A stretch of 64,000 nucleotides of DNA from assembly GCA_963663235.2 (NCBI GenBank), contig CAXXNO010000011.1, positions 64,001-128,000 of the forward strand, written 5' to 3'. This document shows positions 21,996 through 32,075 of this stretch, piece after piece. The notes under the pieces are model-generated. The model was not told where the DNA came from, did no database searches, and was given only the letters and a program-made list of their open reading frames with translations. The translations under genes were made by a program, and so were the position numbers. The stretch comes from Dehalococcoidia bacterium (lineage in GTDB: Bacteria > Chloroflexota > Dehalococcoidia > Bin125). Each line of letters starts with the position of its first letter. Within the stretch, counting starts at the first letter, position 1.

Positions 21996-23711
21996 TCACG
22001 GCGACTCTGGGTCGTCGAGTGCATGCTCGATCGCTTCGAGGAGTTGGGACTGCGGCGCCTTGAGGGCGTCCGGCTGGTCGCGGCGCTTGAATTCCACGAC
22101 GCTTTCTTTCAGGTTGCGCGGGCTGACCGTGAGGCGGAGCGGCATTCCCAGAAGGTCGGCGTCGTTGAATTTGACCCCGGGGCGCTCGTCCCGGTCGTCC
22201 GTCAGGACGGCGAGACCGGCCGCCTCCAATGCGCGCTCGACGGATTCCGTGGCGGCGCGGACGTCCGCGTCCGCGAAGCCAATGGCGACGATGTGGACAT
22301 CGTAGGGAGCGACGGAGCGGGGCCAGCGGATGCCTTGCTCATCGTGGTTGGCCTCGATCACGGCGGCCAGCAGCCGCTCCACGCCGATGCCGTAGCAGCC
22401 CATGATCGGCAGCTGCTGCTGGCCGCCAGCGTCCAGGAAGGTGGCGCGCATCGCTTCGCTGTAGACCGTGCCGAGCTTGAAGACGTGGCCCAGCTCGATG
22501 GCCCGACGCAGCTCCAGCGGATCGCCGCAGCGCGGACAGGGGTCCCCGGCGCGGGCCAGCCCGATGTCGCCCACGACGGCAGCGGACCAGTCGCGCTCGT
22601 AGTTGACGTTGCGCAAGTGCGTGTCCGGCTTGTTCGCTCCGGCGACGAGGTTGGACGCCTCCGTGATGGACACGTCGGCGACCACGCGAACGCCTTGGAG
22701 GCCCACGGGCGAGGCATAGCCGGCCACCCAGCCGGCGGCCTCGACTTCGGCCTCGTCCATCGGGCGCAGGTCATGGGCCTTGAGCAGGTTTCGGAGCTTG
22801 ACCTCATTGACCTCCAGGTCGCCGCGGATGACGGCGAAGACCGGCTCGCCGTCCGCCATGTAGAAGAGCGCCTTGGCGGTCTGGCGAGGCGGGATGCTCA
22901 GGGAGGCGGAGAGGTCGGCGATGGTGGTGATCCCGGGGGTGGCGACCTCTTCCATGGGGAGGGGGTCGGCGGTGTCGGGGCCACCGCGGTTGAACTCGGC
23001 GCGCTCGGTGTTGGCCCCGTAGTGGCAGCGGGGACAGGTGACGATGGTGTCCTCACCGATGTCTGACAGAAAGACGAACTCCTGTGAGATCTTGCCGCCG
23101 ATAGCCCCGGAGTCCGCCTCCACGGCGAGGGAGGGGACGCCGCAGCGACGGAAGACGTTGGCATAGGCGGCGGTCATCGAGTCGTAGGAGGCGGTGAAGC
23201 CGGCTTCGTCCAGGTCGAACGAGTAGGCGTCTTTCATGATGAACTGGCGGACCCGGATGAGGCCGCCGCGCGGGCGCGGCTCGTCACGGAACTTGTGCTG
23301 GATCTGATAGAGGTTGATCGGCAAGTCTCGGTACGACTGGACCGTGTTGCGCACGAGGTCGGTGACGGCCTCCTCGTGCGTGGGTGCGAGCACCAGCTCG
23401 CGGTCGCGCCGGTCGCGCAGGCGGAAGAGGACGTCGCCGTAGTCCTCGTAGCGGCCGGTCTCCTTCCAGAGCTCCGCCGGCTGGATGATTGGCATCAGGA
23501 GCTCTTGTGCGCCGGCGCTGTCCATCTCGTCGCGGATGATGGCCTCGATCCTGCGAAGGGCGCGCCAGCCCAGCGGCAGGTAGGAGTACACGCCGGCGGC
23601 GAGCTGGGCCACGAGGCCGGCGCGGAGGAGCAACTGGTGGTTGGCGGTCTCGGCCTCGGCCGGGGCCTGGCGCAGCGTGCGCCCGAACATCGCGCTCATG
23701 CGAGTGGCCAT
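21996..23711 (-). CDS. proS: Proline--tRNA ligase
   Basis: LAPTHEE, FRDEPRPRGGLIR, GHVFKLG, MGCYGIG. Confidence 0.97.
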   Translation of the reverse strand: MATRMSAMFGRTLRQAPAEAETANHQLLLRAGLVAQLAAGVYSYLPLGWRALRRIEAIIRDEMDSAGAQELLMPIIQPAELWKETGRYEDYGDVLFRLRDRRDRELVLAPTHEEAVTDLVRNTVQSYRDLPINLYQIQHKFRDEPRPRGGLIRVRQFIMKDAYSFDLDEAGFTASYDSMTAAYANVFRRCGVPSLAVEADSGAIGGKISQEFVFLSDIGEDTIVTCPRCHYGANTERAEFNRGGPDTADPLPMEEVATPGITTIADLSASLSIPPRQTAKALFYMADGEPVFAVIRGDLEVNEVKLRNLLKAHDLRPMDEAEVEAAGWVAGYASPVGLQGVRVVADVSITEASNLVAGANKPDTHLRNVNYERDWSAAVVGDIGLARAGDPCPRCGDPLELRRAIELGHVFKLGTVYSEAMRATFLDAGGQQQLPIMGCYGIGVERLLAAVIEANHDEQGIRWPRSVAPYDVHIVAIGFADADVRAATESVERALEAAGLAVLTDDRDERPGVKFNDADLLGMPLRLTVSPRNLKESVVEFKRRDQPDALKAPQSQLLEAIEHALDDPESP

Positions 23712-23755
23712 GGTGCAGCGAGCCTAGCCAACGTTGCGGCGGCGGGCCAGCGGCA

Positions 23756-24145
23756 TCAGGGCGTCGGCGGGTCGTTTGACGTGGCGGGCGGCGGATCGGC
23801 CGGTAGGGCCGTCGCGATGCGCCTCTCCCTGACCTCGTCGTCGCGGACGGCCAAGGGCGCGAAGCGTCGGCCCAGGGCGTACTGGTCCCAGACCTGGTAG
23901 GCGAGCGCGCTGAGCAGCGCCCCACCCACGAAGGCCGTGGCCATGCTCACGCCGATGCCCGCGCCCGTGTCCACGCCCAGGACGGGCACCAGGACGCCGC
24001 CGCCGGCGCCGCCGAGGAGGGCGAACGGCAGGGCCCAGATCGCGCCGTACGCCCGGCGCCGGACCCCGAGCACGATCCAGGGGAGCGCGCCCAGCAGGCA
24101 CCAGGTGAGGAAAAAGAGGGTGAGGAAGATGGCGTCGAAGAGCAC
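23756..24145 (-). CDS. Hypothetical membrane protein
   Basis: Three hydrophobic segments. Confidence 0.6.
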   Translation of the reverse strand: MLFDAIFLTLFFLTWCLLGALPWIVLGVRRRAYGAIWALPFALLGGAGGGVLVPVLGVDTGAGIGVSMATAFVGGALLSALAYQVWDQYALGRRFAPLAVRDDEVRERRIATALPADPPPATSNDPPTP

Positions 24146-24258
24146 GGGGGCCAGCGTACGCGGTTCGATCCGAGCATGCCGTTGCGAGCCATCACTTGCT
24201 ATCCTGCGTCCCGCGACCGTGCGAAGATTGCGACGCGCGGGCGATAGAGGTGACCCGG

Positions 24259-25407
24259 ATGAAGCGAAATCCGACGCGGCCGGTCCAGGTGGGCCCGATC
24301 ACGATCGGCGGCGGGGCGCCGATCGCCGTGCAGTCCATGGCGGCGACGCGGACCCAGGACGTCGAGGCCACGGTGCGCCAGGTGAACCTGATCCAGGAGG
24401 CGGGGGCAGACCTGGTCCGCATCGCCGTGGATTCCAAGAAGGACGTGGAGGCGCTGGCGGAGGTGCGGGCGCGGACCCGCGCGACCCTTTCAGTGGACCT
24501 GCAAGAGAACTACCGCCTGGCGCCGTTGGTGGCGCCCTACGTGGACAAGCTGCGCTACAACCCCGGCCACTTGCACCACCACGAGAAGCAGAAGCCGGTG
24601 CGGGACAAGGTGGCCTTCCTCGCCGAGACGGCCGCGAAGAACGACTGCGCGCTCCGCGTGGGCGTCAACTGCGGGTCGGTGGACCCGCGTTTGCAAGAGC
24701 GATACGGGAGCGATCACGTCGGTGCGATGGTGGCCAGCGCGCTGGAGCACTGCGCCCTGCTGGACGATCTGGGCTTTCAGCGCTACGTGGTGTCGCTGAA
24801 GGACTCCGACTGGCGCAAGGTGGTGGAAGGGAACCGTCGCTTTGCGGCCGAGCGGCCGGACGTGCCCATCCACCTGGGCGTCACCGAGGCGGGCATGCCG
24901 CCGGAGGGCGAGATCAAGACACGGGTCGCCTTTGAGCAGGTGCTCACCGAGGGAATCGGCGACACCGTGCGCGTGTCGCTCACGGTGCCGTTCGAGGAGA
25001 AGGGCCGCGAGGTGACGGTGGCCCGCGAGATCCTGGCGGACATCGCCGCCGGACGCTTCCGTTCCGTCCCCGCGTCTCTGGACCAGGGGCTGAACATCAT
25101 CTCCTGCCCCTCCTGCTCGCGCGTGGAGAACGAGGCCTTCATCGATCTGGCGCGCGACGTGAAGGAGCTGACCGCCTACGCCCAGGAGTACGACATCACG
25201 ATCGCCGTGATGGGCTGTCGGGTGAACGGGCCGGGTGAAACCGATGGCGCCGATCTGGGCCTCTGGTGCGGGCCGGCGGCCGTGAACCTTAAGCGCGGGT
25301 CGGAGACCATCGGCGCCTATCCGTATGACCGGGTGCTCGGTGAATTGCGGGTCGCGCTGGATGCCGTGATCGCGGAGCGGCGCGCCGGCAGCGGCGTACG
25401 CGCCTAG
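24259..25407 (+). CDS. ispG: (E)-4-hydroxy-3-methylbut-2-enyl-diphosphate synthase
   Basis: [50 protein letters not shown]. Confidence 0.95.
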   Translation: MKRNPTRPVQVGPITIGGGAPIAVQSMAATRTQDVEATVRQVNLIQEAGADLVRIAVDSKKDVEALAEVRARTRATLSVDLQENYRLAPLVAPYVDKLRYNPGHLHHHEKQKPVRDKVAFLAETAAKNDCALRVGVNCGSVDPRLQERYGSDHVGAMVASALEHCALLDDLGFQRYVVSLKDSDWRKVVEGNRRFAAERPDVPIHLGVTEAGMPPEGEIKTRVAFEQVLTEGIGDTVRVSLTVPFEEKGREVTVAREILADIAAGRFRSVPASLDQGLNIISCPSCSRVENEAFIDLARDVKELTAYAQEYDITIAVMGCRVNGPGETDGADLGLWCGPAAVNLKRGSETIGAYPYDRVLGELRVALDAVIAERRAGSGVRA

Positions 25408-25644
25408 CGCGGCGCGCTCTCCTAGCGCAGCGCGCTCTCCTAGCGCAGGGCGCTCTCCTAGCGCAGGGCGCTCTCCTAGCGCAGGGCGCTCTCCTAGCGC
25501 AGGGCGCTCTCCTAGCGCAGGGCGCTCTCCTAGCGCAGGGCGCTCTCCTAGGGCGCTCTCCTAGCGCAGGGCGCTCTCCGCGCTCTCCTAGCGCAGGGCG
25601 CTCTCCTAGCGCAGCAGGGCGCTCTCCTAGCGCAGGGCGCTCTC
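25404..25644. repeat. Tandem repeat of an 18-bp unit CTAGCGCAGGGCGCTCTC, about 13 copies
   Basis: Read directly; some units are degenerate or partial (13, 21 and 9 bp); no spacers. Confidence 0.95.
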
Positions 25645-27327
25645 CCCATCCACGACGCGCAGGATGTCGAAGTAGCTCACGATCACCACGAACATCAGGA
25701 TCAGGACGAACCCGGCGAGGTGGACCAGGCCCTCTTTCTCCGGAGAGATGCGTCGCCCTCCGCGCAGGATCTCGATCAGCACAAACATGATCCGGCCCCC
25801 GTCCAGCATGGGCAGCGGCAGGATGTTGATGATCGCCAGGTTGATGCTGAGCAGCGCCGCCAGTTCGATCAGCCGCAGCCAGCCCACTTCCCTCACCACT
25901 TCGCCCGTGGTCTGGGCGATGCCGATGGGCCCGGAGAGCTGCAACGGCTCGCCCCCCGCAATCCAGGAGCGGATGCGGTTGCGCATCAAGATCAGGGTGT
26001 CCATGGTCCGGTCCCAGCCGGAGCCGACGGCGCTGAAGAACCCCTCGCTCGCATTCACGGTGGTGCGGCGCAGGTTGGTGATGGTGATGCCGGTGGGCCC
26101 TTGCGGGATGGTGACGAGCGTGCCCGGTGCGAGGTGCAGCGGATCGATGCCGGCGGCGTCCAGCACGACCGTCGACCGGATCCCCAGATCGCGCGCGACG
26201 CTCTCCGCCGTGTCGTCCGGCTGGGTGAGGTAGCGTTGGCCGTCGGGTAGCAAGAGCTCAACGCCGGGCTCGAGCGGGATTCCGTTGGTGAAGCCGGCGC
26301 CGGCCAGGACCTGGCTGGCGCTGACGCCGAGGATCTCCGCCACGTCGTGAACCGTTTCGCCGGGCTGAACTACGTGCTCCAGCTGGTCGGGCGCTAGGCG
26401 GGCGCGGACGATGGTCTCGAAGCGCTCGCGCTCGGCGCTGGCGCGTTGCGTGGCGGTCTCCTGGACGACGTCCCGCTCGACGACGACGCTGATGTCCTCG
26501 CCGACGTTGAGCTGAATCGCCAGGCTGAGGTCGGAGGCGTTGCGGATTGGGTCGCCGTTGACGCTGATGACCTCATCACGAGGTTGCAGGCCGGCCTGGT
26601 CGGCCGGGCCGCCGCCCACGACCGAGGTGATGATGGCGGGGCCCTCGGCCACGGGCTGGGGGATCATCACGGCGATGGCGAAAAGGATGATCGGGAGCAC
26701 GAAGTTCACGCCCGCGCCTGCCGCCATCACGGCGATGCGCACGGGGCGCGGCTTGGTGGCGAGCGAGCGGGGGTCCGGGCCGACCTGGATCCCGGCGATG
26801 TGGCTGATGGCGGCGGCGGCCTTGCGCGAGCTGATGGAGTCGATCTCGCTGCCGGGCGGTGGCTCCAAGGTGAGGGTCTGGCGCTCCAACGTGGGACCGC
26901 GATCGCCGGCGATCTCGCGATCGACGAGCAGCTCGATCGGGCCCTCGCTCTCGTCGTCTAGCAGAGCGATGCCCAGGTTCTGGGCCAGCTGCTCCTGGCT
27001 GTGAACGGGGACGCCGTTGACCTCCAGGATTACATCGTTGGAGCGCAGGCCGGCGCGGTCCGCGGGACCGAAGCGGTTGATCTGCGTCACGAAGACGCGA
27101 GCGCTCTCCTCCCCGGTGAGGCGGACGAAGCCCCCGAGGGGGAGCCAGTTGATGGAGTAGAGCGTCTCGCCGAAGCGGATGCCCCCGATGCGCGGCGGCA
27201 TGCCTATGCCGAACTCCTCCACCCGCACGCCGGCCATCTTGGCGACCACGAAGTGGCCGAGCTCATGCAGGATGATCAAGCCGAGCAAGATGCCGACGAA
27301 GGGCAGGACGGATTCGATCACGGTCAT
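25627..27327 (-). CDS. rseP: RIP metalloprotease RseP (M50) with PDZ domains and two LysM-like domains
   Basis: HELGH, AGAGVN, SGPIGI, NILPLPMLDGG; downstream of dxr. Confidence 0.93.
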   Translation of the reverse strand: MTVIESVLPFVGILLGLIILHELGHFVVAKMAGVRVEEFGIGMPPRIGGIRFGETLYSINWLPLGGFVRLTGEESARVFVTQINRFGPADRAGLRSNDVILEVNGVPVHSQEQLAQNLGIALLDDESEGPIELLVDREIAGDRGPTLERQTLTLEPPPGSEIDSISSRKAAAAISHIAGIQVGPDPRSLATKPRPVRIAVMAAGAGVNFVLPIILFAIAVMIPQPVAEGPAIITSVVGGGPADQAGLQPRDEVISVNGDPIRNASDLSLAIQLNVGEDISVVVERDVVQETATQRASAERERFETIVRARLAPDQLEHVVQPGETVHDVAEILGVSASQVLAGAGFTNGIPLEPGVELLLPDGQRYLTQPDDTAESVARDLGIRSTVVLDAAGIDPLHLAPGTLVTIPQGPTGITITNLRRTTVNASEGFFSAVGSGWDRTMDTLILMRNRIRSWIAGGEPLQLSGPIGIAQTTGEVVREVGWLRLIELAALLSINLAIINILPLPMLDGGRIMFVLIEILRGGRRISPEKEGLVHLAGFVLILMFVVIVSYFDILRVVDGESALR

Positions 27328-28484
27328 GCGCGGACCGCCAGCCATTCGGTGGCGAAACGCCGGGCGCAGGCATCCGCCTCATCGATCGCGGCCAGATCGG
27401 GCTCGGGCTCGGACACGGGATCGTGGGCGGCGAGTGTCGCTTCGATCAGGGCCGGGATCTCCGTGAAGCGGAGGCGGCGCTCCAGGAACGCCTCCACGGC
27501 CACCTCATCGGCGGCCGCGAGGACCGCGGGGTAGGTGGCGCCGCGGTGGCCGGCGTCCATGGCCAGGCGCAGGCAGGGGTAGCGCTCCAGGTCGGGCGTC
27601 TTGAACGTGAGGGTGCCCAGGGCGGCGAGGTCCAGCGGCGCCACGGTTGGCGCGAGCCGCTGGGGATAGCTGAGGGCGCACTGGATGGGCAGGCGCATGT
27701 CCGGGTTGCCCAGTTGGGCCTTGACGGAGCCGTCACACAACTCGACGAGCGAGTGCACGATGGACTCGCCGTGCTGGATGACCTCCACGCGCTCGTACGG
27801 CACATCGAAGAGCCAGCGGGCCTCGATGGTCTCCATCCCCTTGTTCAGCAGCGTGGCGGAGTCGATGGTGATCTTCTTGCCCATTCGCCAGGTGGGGTGG
27901 CGCAAGGCCTGCTCTGGCGTGACGTCGGGAAGCGCGTCGAGGGGCAGATCGCGGAGCGCGCCCCCCGATGCGGTCAGGATGATCCGGCGGATGGCGTTGC
28001 CTTCTTCCCCCCAGAGGCACTGCCAGATGGCGCTGTGCTCGGAATCGATCGGCCGCAGATCGCCGCCCCCGCGGTCGGCGGCACGGCGCACCAGGTGCCC
28101 CGCCATCACAATCACCTCTTTATTCGCCAGGGCCACCGCCCGCCCGCGCTCAAGCGCGGTCAACGTGGGCTCCAGGCCGGCGCGCCCGGCGGTGCCGACC
28201 ACCAGCACTTCCAAGTCGGGGTGGGCCGCCATCTCTATCATCGACACGACGGTCGCGCCGATTTCGCCGGCGAGGCGGCGAAGCGCGTCGGGGTCGGCGC
28301 CATCGCAGCAGAGCAGGGGGGGTCGGAATTCGCGCGCTTGCCGGGCGAGGAGGTCGAAATTCCGGCCTGCGGCGAGCCCGAGGAGCTCAAAGCGCCCGTT
28401 CAGCGATCGGATGACGTCCAGTGTCTGGGTCCCGATGCTGCCGGTGCTGCCCAGGACGGTGACACGGGTTAGAGAACAACCCAT
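27324..28484 (-). CDS. dxr: 1-deoxy-D-xylulose-5-phosphate reductoisomerase
   Basis: LGSTGSIG, LANKE, DSEHSAI, HPTW.MGKKITIDSA. Confidence 0.97.
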   Translation of the reverse strand: MGCSLTRVTVLGSTGSIGTQTLDVIRSLNGRFELLGLAAGRNFDLLARQAREFRPPLLCCDGADPDALRRLAGEIGATVVSMIEMAAHPDLEVLVVGTAGRAGLEPTLTALERGRAVALANKEVIVMAGHLVRRAADRGGGDLRPIDSEHSAIWQCLWGEEGNAIRRIILTASGGALRDLPLDALPDVTPEQALRHPTWRMGKKITIDSATLLNKGMETIEARWLFDVPYERVEVIQHGESIVHSLVELCDGSVKAQLGNPDMRLPIQCALSYPQRLAPTVAPLDLAALGTLTFKTPDLERYPCLRLAMDAGHRGATYPAVLAAADEVAVEAFLERRLRFTEIPALIEATLAAHDPVSEPEPDLAAIDEADACARRFATEWLAVRA

Positions 28485-29350
28485 TGCATGAATAAGTATA
28501 CCGTTGGGATCCCGAATAACAGACTATCCAGTCGATCGGGCACCCCGCCGTGGCCTGGGATCAGACGGCCGAGATCCTTGACCGAGAGCGAGCGCTTCAA
28601 GGTGGACTCCGCGAGGTCGCCGAGCACGGCCATGACGGGCAGGATCAGCGCCAGGATCACCATCTTCCAGATGGTGACGTCCAGATCGAGCAGGAGGTCG
28701 ATCAGCAGCACGGCCGCGAAGCCTGCCGCCAGCGCTCCGACCGTGCCCTCCACGGTCTTGTTGAGGCTGAGGCGCGGAGCCAGCGCGTGCCGGCCGACCG
28801 AGCGACCCACCACGTACGCGCCGGTGTCGGCGGCCATGATGGCGAAGACGGCGAGCAACACCCACTCCTCTCCCGACGGCGCCTGGCGGAGCAGTACGGC
28901 AAAGCTGCCCAACCAGCCGAAGTAGAGGACGCCGAGCGCGGCGAACGCGAGCCGCTTGGCCTGGGGCGCGAGGGCCGGGGCGGGCGGATCGCCAACGCGA
29001 CCGCCAAGGCCGGCGACTATGGGGGCCGCGAGCAGCGCCAGCGCCAGCGCCGTGAGCGGCCACGTTTGGGGGATGTCGTCGATCAGCGCGACGGCCGGCA
29101 GCGCGGCCGCGCCGGCCGCGGTGAGCCAGAGCAGGGGGTCGCGGCTTCGCAGGCCGACGGCGGCGCCATATTCGAACACCGCCACCACCAGCGTGAGGGC
29201 GACGACCGCCGCCCACAGTTCGCCTCCCACGAGGATGAGGACAACCAAGACGGGCACGGCGACGGCGGCCGTGGCGCTGCGGAGCAGCAGGTTGGAGCCT
29301 GCCAGCCGTTGCAGGCCCCGTTGAGCCTGCGATTCCTCTGCTGCCGCCAC
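28469..29350 (-). CDS. cdsA: Phosphatidate cytidylyltransferase
   Basis: DTGAY..G, KTVEG, GDLAES..KR, PGHGG..DRLDS. Confidence 0.93.
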   Translation of the reverse strand: MAAAEESQAQRGLQRLAGSNLLLRSATAAVAVPVLVVLILVGGELWAAVVALTLVVAVFEYGAAVGLRSRDPLLWLTAAGAAALPAVALIDDIPQTWPLTALALALLAAPIVAGLGGRVGDPPAPALAPQAKRLAFAALGVLYFGWLGSFAVLLRQAPSGEEWVLLAVFAIMAADTGAYVVGRSVGRHALAPRLSLNKTVEGTVGALAAGFAAVLLIDLLLDLDVTIWKMVILALILPVMAVLGDLAESTLKRSLSVKDLGRLIPGHGGVPDRLDSLLFGIPTVYLFMQWVVL

Positions 29351-29353
29351 GCG

Positions 29354-30145
29354 TCAGGCGCCGTTCCCGCTGGGCACTCCCGCCAGCGATGTGACGGAGG
29401 ACGGTGCGGCCGGCCGGGCGGCCGGGTGGGCCGGCGGCAGCGCGCCGAACTTCCGCAGCCGTTGTTGGTAGACGGCCAGCGCTTCATCCACGTCGCGCTC
29501 GCTGAAGTCCGGCCAGTACGTGGGGGTGGCGTGATATTCGGCGTAGGCGCATTGCCATAGCAGGAAATTGGACAGCCGCCATTCGCCGCCGGTGCGGATG
29601 ATCAGGTCAGGGTCGGGGATCCCGGCGGTGTAGAGGTAGCGGCTGATGGTCTCTTCATCGATCGCTTCGGCGGGGATGCCGTCCGCGATGATCCGCCGCA
29701 CGGCATCGACCAACTCGGCGCGGGCGCCGTAGTTGAAGGCCACGCAGAGCATCATGGCGGTGTTGTTGCGGGTGAGATCGACCGCTTCCGCAATCTGCCG
29801 TTGCAGTGGCTTAGGGAGGACCTCGATCCGGCCGATGTAATGAAGCCGCACGCCGGCCTCGTGCAGCGGCTTGACCTCGCGCCGGATCGTGCGAGCGAGG
29901 ATGCGCATGAGTCCCGAGACCTCGCCGCGCGGCCGGCTCCAGTTCTCCGTTGAGAAGGCGAAGAGCGTCAGGTAGCGGACGCCGCGGTCGCCGAAGGCGC
30001 GAATCACCGCGCGGATGTTCTCCGTGCCGGCGCGGTGTCCGGCCGTGCGCGGAAGACCGCGCGCCCCGGCCCAGCGTCCGTTGCCATCCATGATGACGGC
30101 GACGTGCTGCGGCACGATGGTGGCGGCGGGGCGTGGTGCGGCCAT
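29354..30145 (-). CDS. uppS: Polyprenyl diphosphate synthase
   Basis: [35 protein letters not shown]. Confidence 0.96.
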   Translation of the reverse strand: MAAPRPAATIVPQHVAVIMDGNGRWAGARGLPRTAGHRAGTENIRAVIRAFGDRGVRYLTLFAFSTENWSRPRGEVSGLMRILARTIRREVKPLHEAGVRLHYIGRIEVLPKPLQRQIAEAVDLTRNNTAMMLCVAFNYGARAELVDAVRRIIADGIPAEAIDEETISRYLYTAGIPDPDLIIRTGGEWRLSNFLLWQCAYAEYHATPTYWPDFSERDVDEALAVYQQRLRKFGALPPAHPAARPAAPSSVTSLAGVPSGNGA

Positions 30146-30146
30146 C

Positions 30147-30722
30147 CTAGACTTCCATCATCTCCCGTTCCTTGTCACTGCCCACGCGGTCTACGTCTTC
30201 CACGAGCCGATGGGTCAGCTTCTCCAAGTCATTGTGGGCGTTCCGCTCTGCGTCCTGGGAGATATCTTTGGCCTTGGCGAACTTGCGGAGCTCGTCTTGC
30301 ACATGGCGGCGGATGTTGCGCACGGCCACGCGCGCGGCTTCACTCTTCTGGGACACCAAGCGGGCCAGCTCCCGGCGTCGCTCTTCCGTGAGCTCGGGGA
30401 TGGCGAGGCGAATCACTACGCCGTCGCTCTGAGGATTGAGGCCCAGGTCTGAGAGCTGGATGGCCTTGGTGATGGGACCGGTCGCGTTCTTGTCCCACGG
30501 TTGGATGACAAGCAGCCGCGCCTCGGGCGCGCTGATGGTGGCGAGCTGGTTGAGCGGCATCTCCGTGCCGAAGTAGTCCACGCGCAAGTGCTCCACCAGC
30601 CCCGGATGGGCGCGCCCGGTGCGGATGGTCTGCAACTCTCGCCGCAGCGCCTCAACGGCCTTCCCCATTCGGGTCTGGGCATCGTCGAGGGCCAGCGCGG
30701 TGAGGTCATCGTCGTCGGGCAT
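30147..30722 (-). CDS. frr: Ribosome recycling factor
   Basis: [29 protein letters not shown]. Confidence 0.97.
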   Translation of the reverse strand: MPDDDDLTALALDDAQTRMGKAVEALRRELQTIRTGRAHPGLVEHLRVDYFGTEMPLNQLATISAPEARLLVIQPWDKNATGPITKAIQLSDLGLNPQSDGVVIRLAIPELTEERRRELARLVSQKSEAARVAVRNIRRHVQDELRKFAKAKDISQDAERNAHNDLEKLTHRLVEDVDRVGSDKEREMMEV

Positions 30723-30761
30723 AACTCTCTTCGCGCCCGGTGGCGCCGGCCCCGCCTCCGC

Positions 30762-31514
30762 CTACTCCTCGGAGCCGGCCAGGCGCGTGGGCATGGCGCC
30801 GACCAGCGTCCCGATGGAGCCATCGATCACCGCTCGCACGATAGCGTCCGGCGGGCCGATATCAAAGACCAGGATGGGGAGAGCGTTCTCTTCGCAGAGG
30901 GAGAGCGCGGCCGTATCCATCACCTGCACCCGGTCGGCGATGGCGTCGCGATAGTTGAGCGTTTCGTAGCGGCGCGCCTTTGGGTCGGTGGCGGGGTCGG
31001 TGGTGTAGGCCCCGTCCACTCCGCTCTTGGCCATCAAGAGCCGGGCCGCGCCGATCTCCACCCCGCGGAGCGCGGCGGCGGTGTCGGTGGTGACGTAGGG
31101 GTTGCCGGTGCCGCCGGCGAAGAGCGCCAGGCGGCCTTTTCCCAGGTGCCGGATGGCTCGGCGCCGGATGTAGGGCTCGGCGACCTGCGCCACCGTAATG
31201 GCGGACATGGTCCGCACCTCCAGACCGACCGCCTCCAAGGCGTCCTGGAGCGCTAGGGCGTTGATGATGGTGGCCAGCATGCCGGCGTAGTCGGCGGTGG
31301 CGCGGTCAATGCCGGCCTCGGCGGCCGTGCGGCCGCGGAAGAGGTTGCCGCCGCCCACCACCACGGCGATCTGCACCCCGTGTGCGTGGCAGCGCGCGAG
31401 TTGGTCGGCGATGCCACGCAGCGCGGATGGGTCGATGCCGAAGGGCTGGGAGCCCATCAGCGCTTCGCCGCTTAGCTTCAGGAGAACCCGTTCAGGCGGC
31501 GCCGTGTCGGCCAT
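30762..31514 (-). CDS. pyrH: UMP kinase
   Basis: LLKLSGEAL, GGGNLFRG, GNPYVTTD. Confidence 0.96.
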   Translation of the reverse strand: MADTAPPERVLLKLSGEALMGSQPFGIDPSALRGIADQLARCHAHGVQIAVVVGGGNLFRGRTAAEAGIDRATADYAGMLATIINALALQDALEAVGLEVRTMSAITVAQVAEPYIRRRAIRHLGKGRLALFAGGTGNPYVTTDTAAALRGVEIGAARLLMAKSGVDGAYTTDPATDPKARRYETLNYRDAIADRVQVMDTAALSLCEENALPILVFDIGPPDAIVRAVIDGSIGTLVGAMPTRLAGSEE

Positions 31515-31536
31515 GGGGGGCTCCCGGGCGCCGCCG

Positions 31537-32037
31537 TCAGTCCCCAAGGACGAAGCGCGCGAACCGCCGGACTTCGATCTTCTCGCCGGTGCTGGCGATG
31601 GCCTCGTTGATCAGATCATGGACGGTCTTGTCGGCGTCTTTGATGAACGGCTGGGTCAGCAGCGCGCGTTCCGCGGCCGGGCCCTCGGCGTCGCTGGGCA
31701 GGTCCGCCGGATCAACGGTCTGCGGGGCCATGGAGGCCACCTGCATGGCGATGTCATGCGCGAGCTGCTTGAAGAGGTCGGTGCGAGCCACGAAGTCCGT
31801 CTCGCAGTTCAGCTCGACCATGGCGCCGATGCGGCCGCCATGCACGTAGGCCTCCACCACGCCCTGGGTCGCTTCGCGGTCCACGCGCTTGGCCGCCTTG
31901 GCGAGGCCCTTTTCGCGGAGGAAAGCCACGGCCTTGTCCATGTCTCCGTCGGCCTCGGCCAGCGCCGCGCGGCAGTCCATGACCCCGGCCATGGTGCGCT
32001 CGCGCAGGGCCTTGATGTCGTCGATGCTGATGGCCAC
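31537..32037 (-). CDS. tsf: Elongation factor Ts (short form)
   Basis: LRERT.AGVMDC, ELNCETDFVA, GEKIEVRRF. Confidence 0.96.
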   Translation of the reverse strand: MAISIDDIKALRERTMAGVMDCRAALAEADGDMDKAVAFLREKGLAKAAKRVDREATQGVVEAYVHGGRIGAMVELNCETDFVARTDLFKQLAHDIAMQVASMAPQTVDPADLPSDAEGPAAERALLTQPFIKDADKTVHDLINEAIASTGEKIEVRRFARFVLGD

Positions 32038-32075
32038 CGCTGGGGTCCTCTCGTCAGCCGAGGGTGGGGCCGCTG

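Noticed and set aside
25404-25644. Possible CRISPR array
   Set aside because: The units are head-to-tail with no unique spacers, and there are no cas genes nearby.
31537-32037. Truncated EF-Ts
   Set aside because: Short EF-Ts forms are normal in several phyla; both termini and the TDFV motif are intact.
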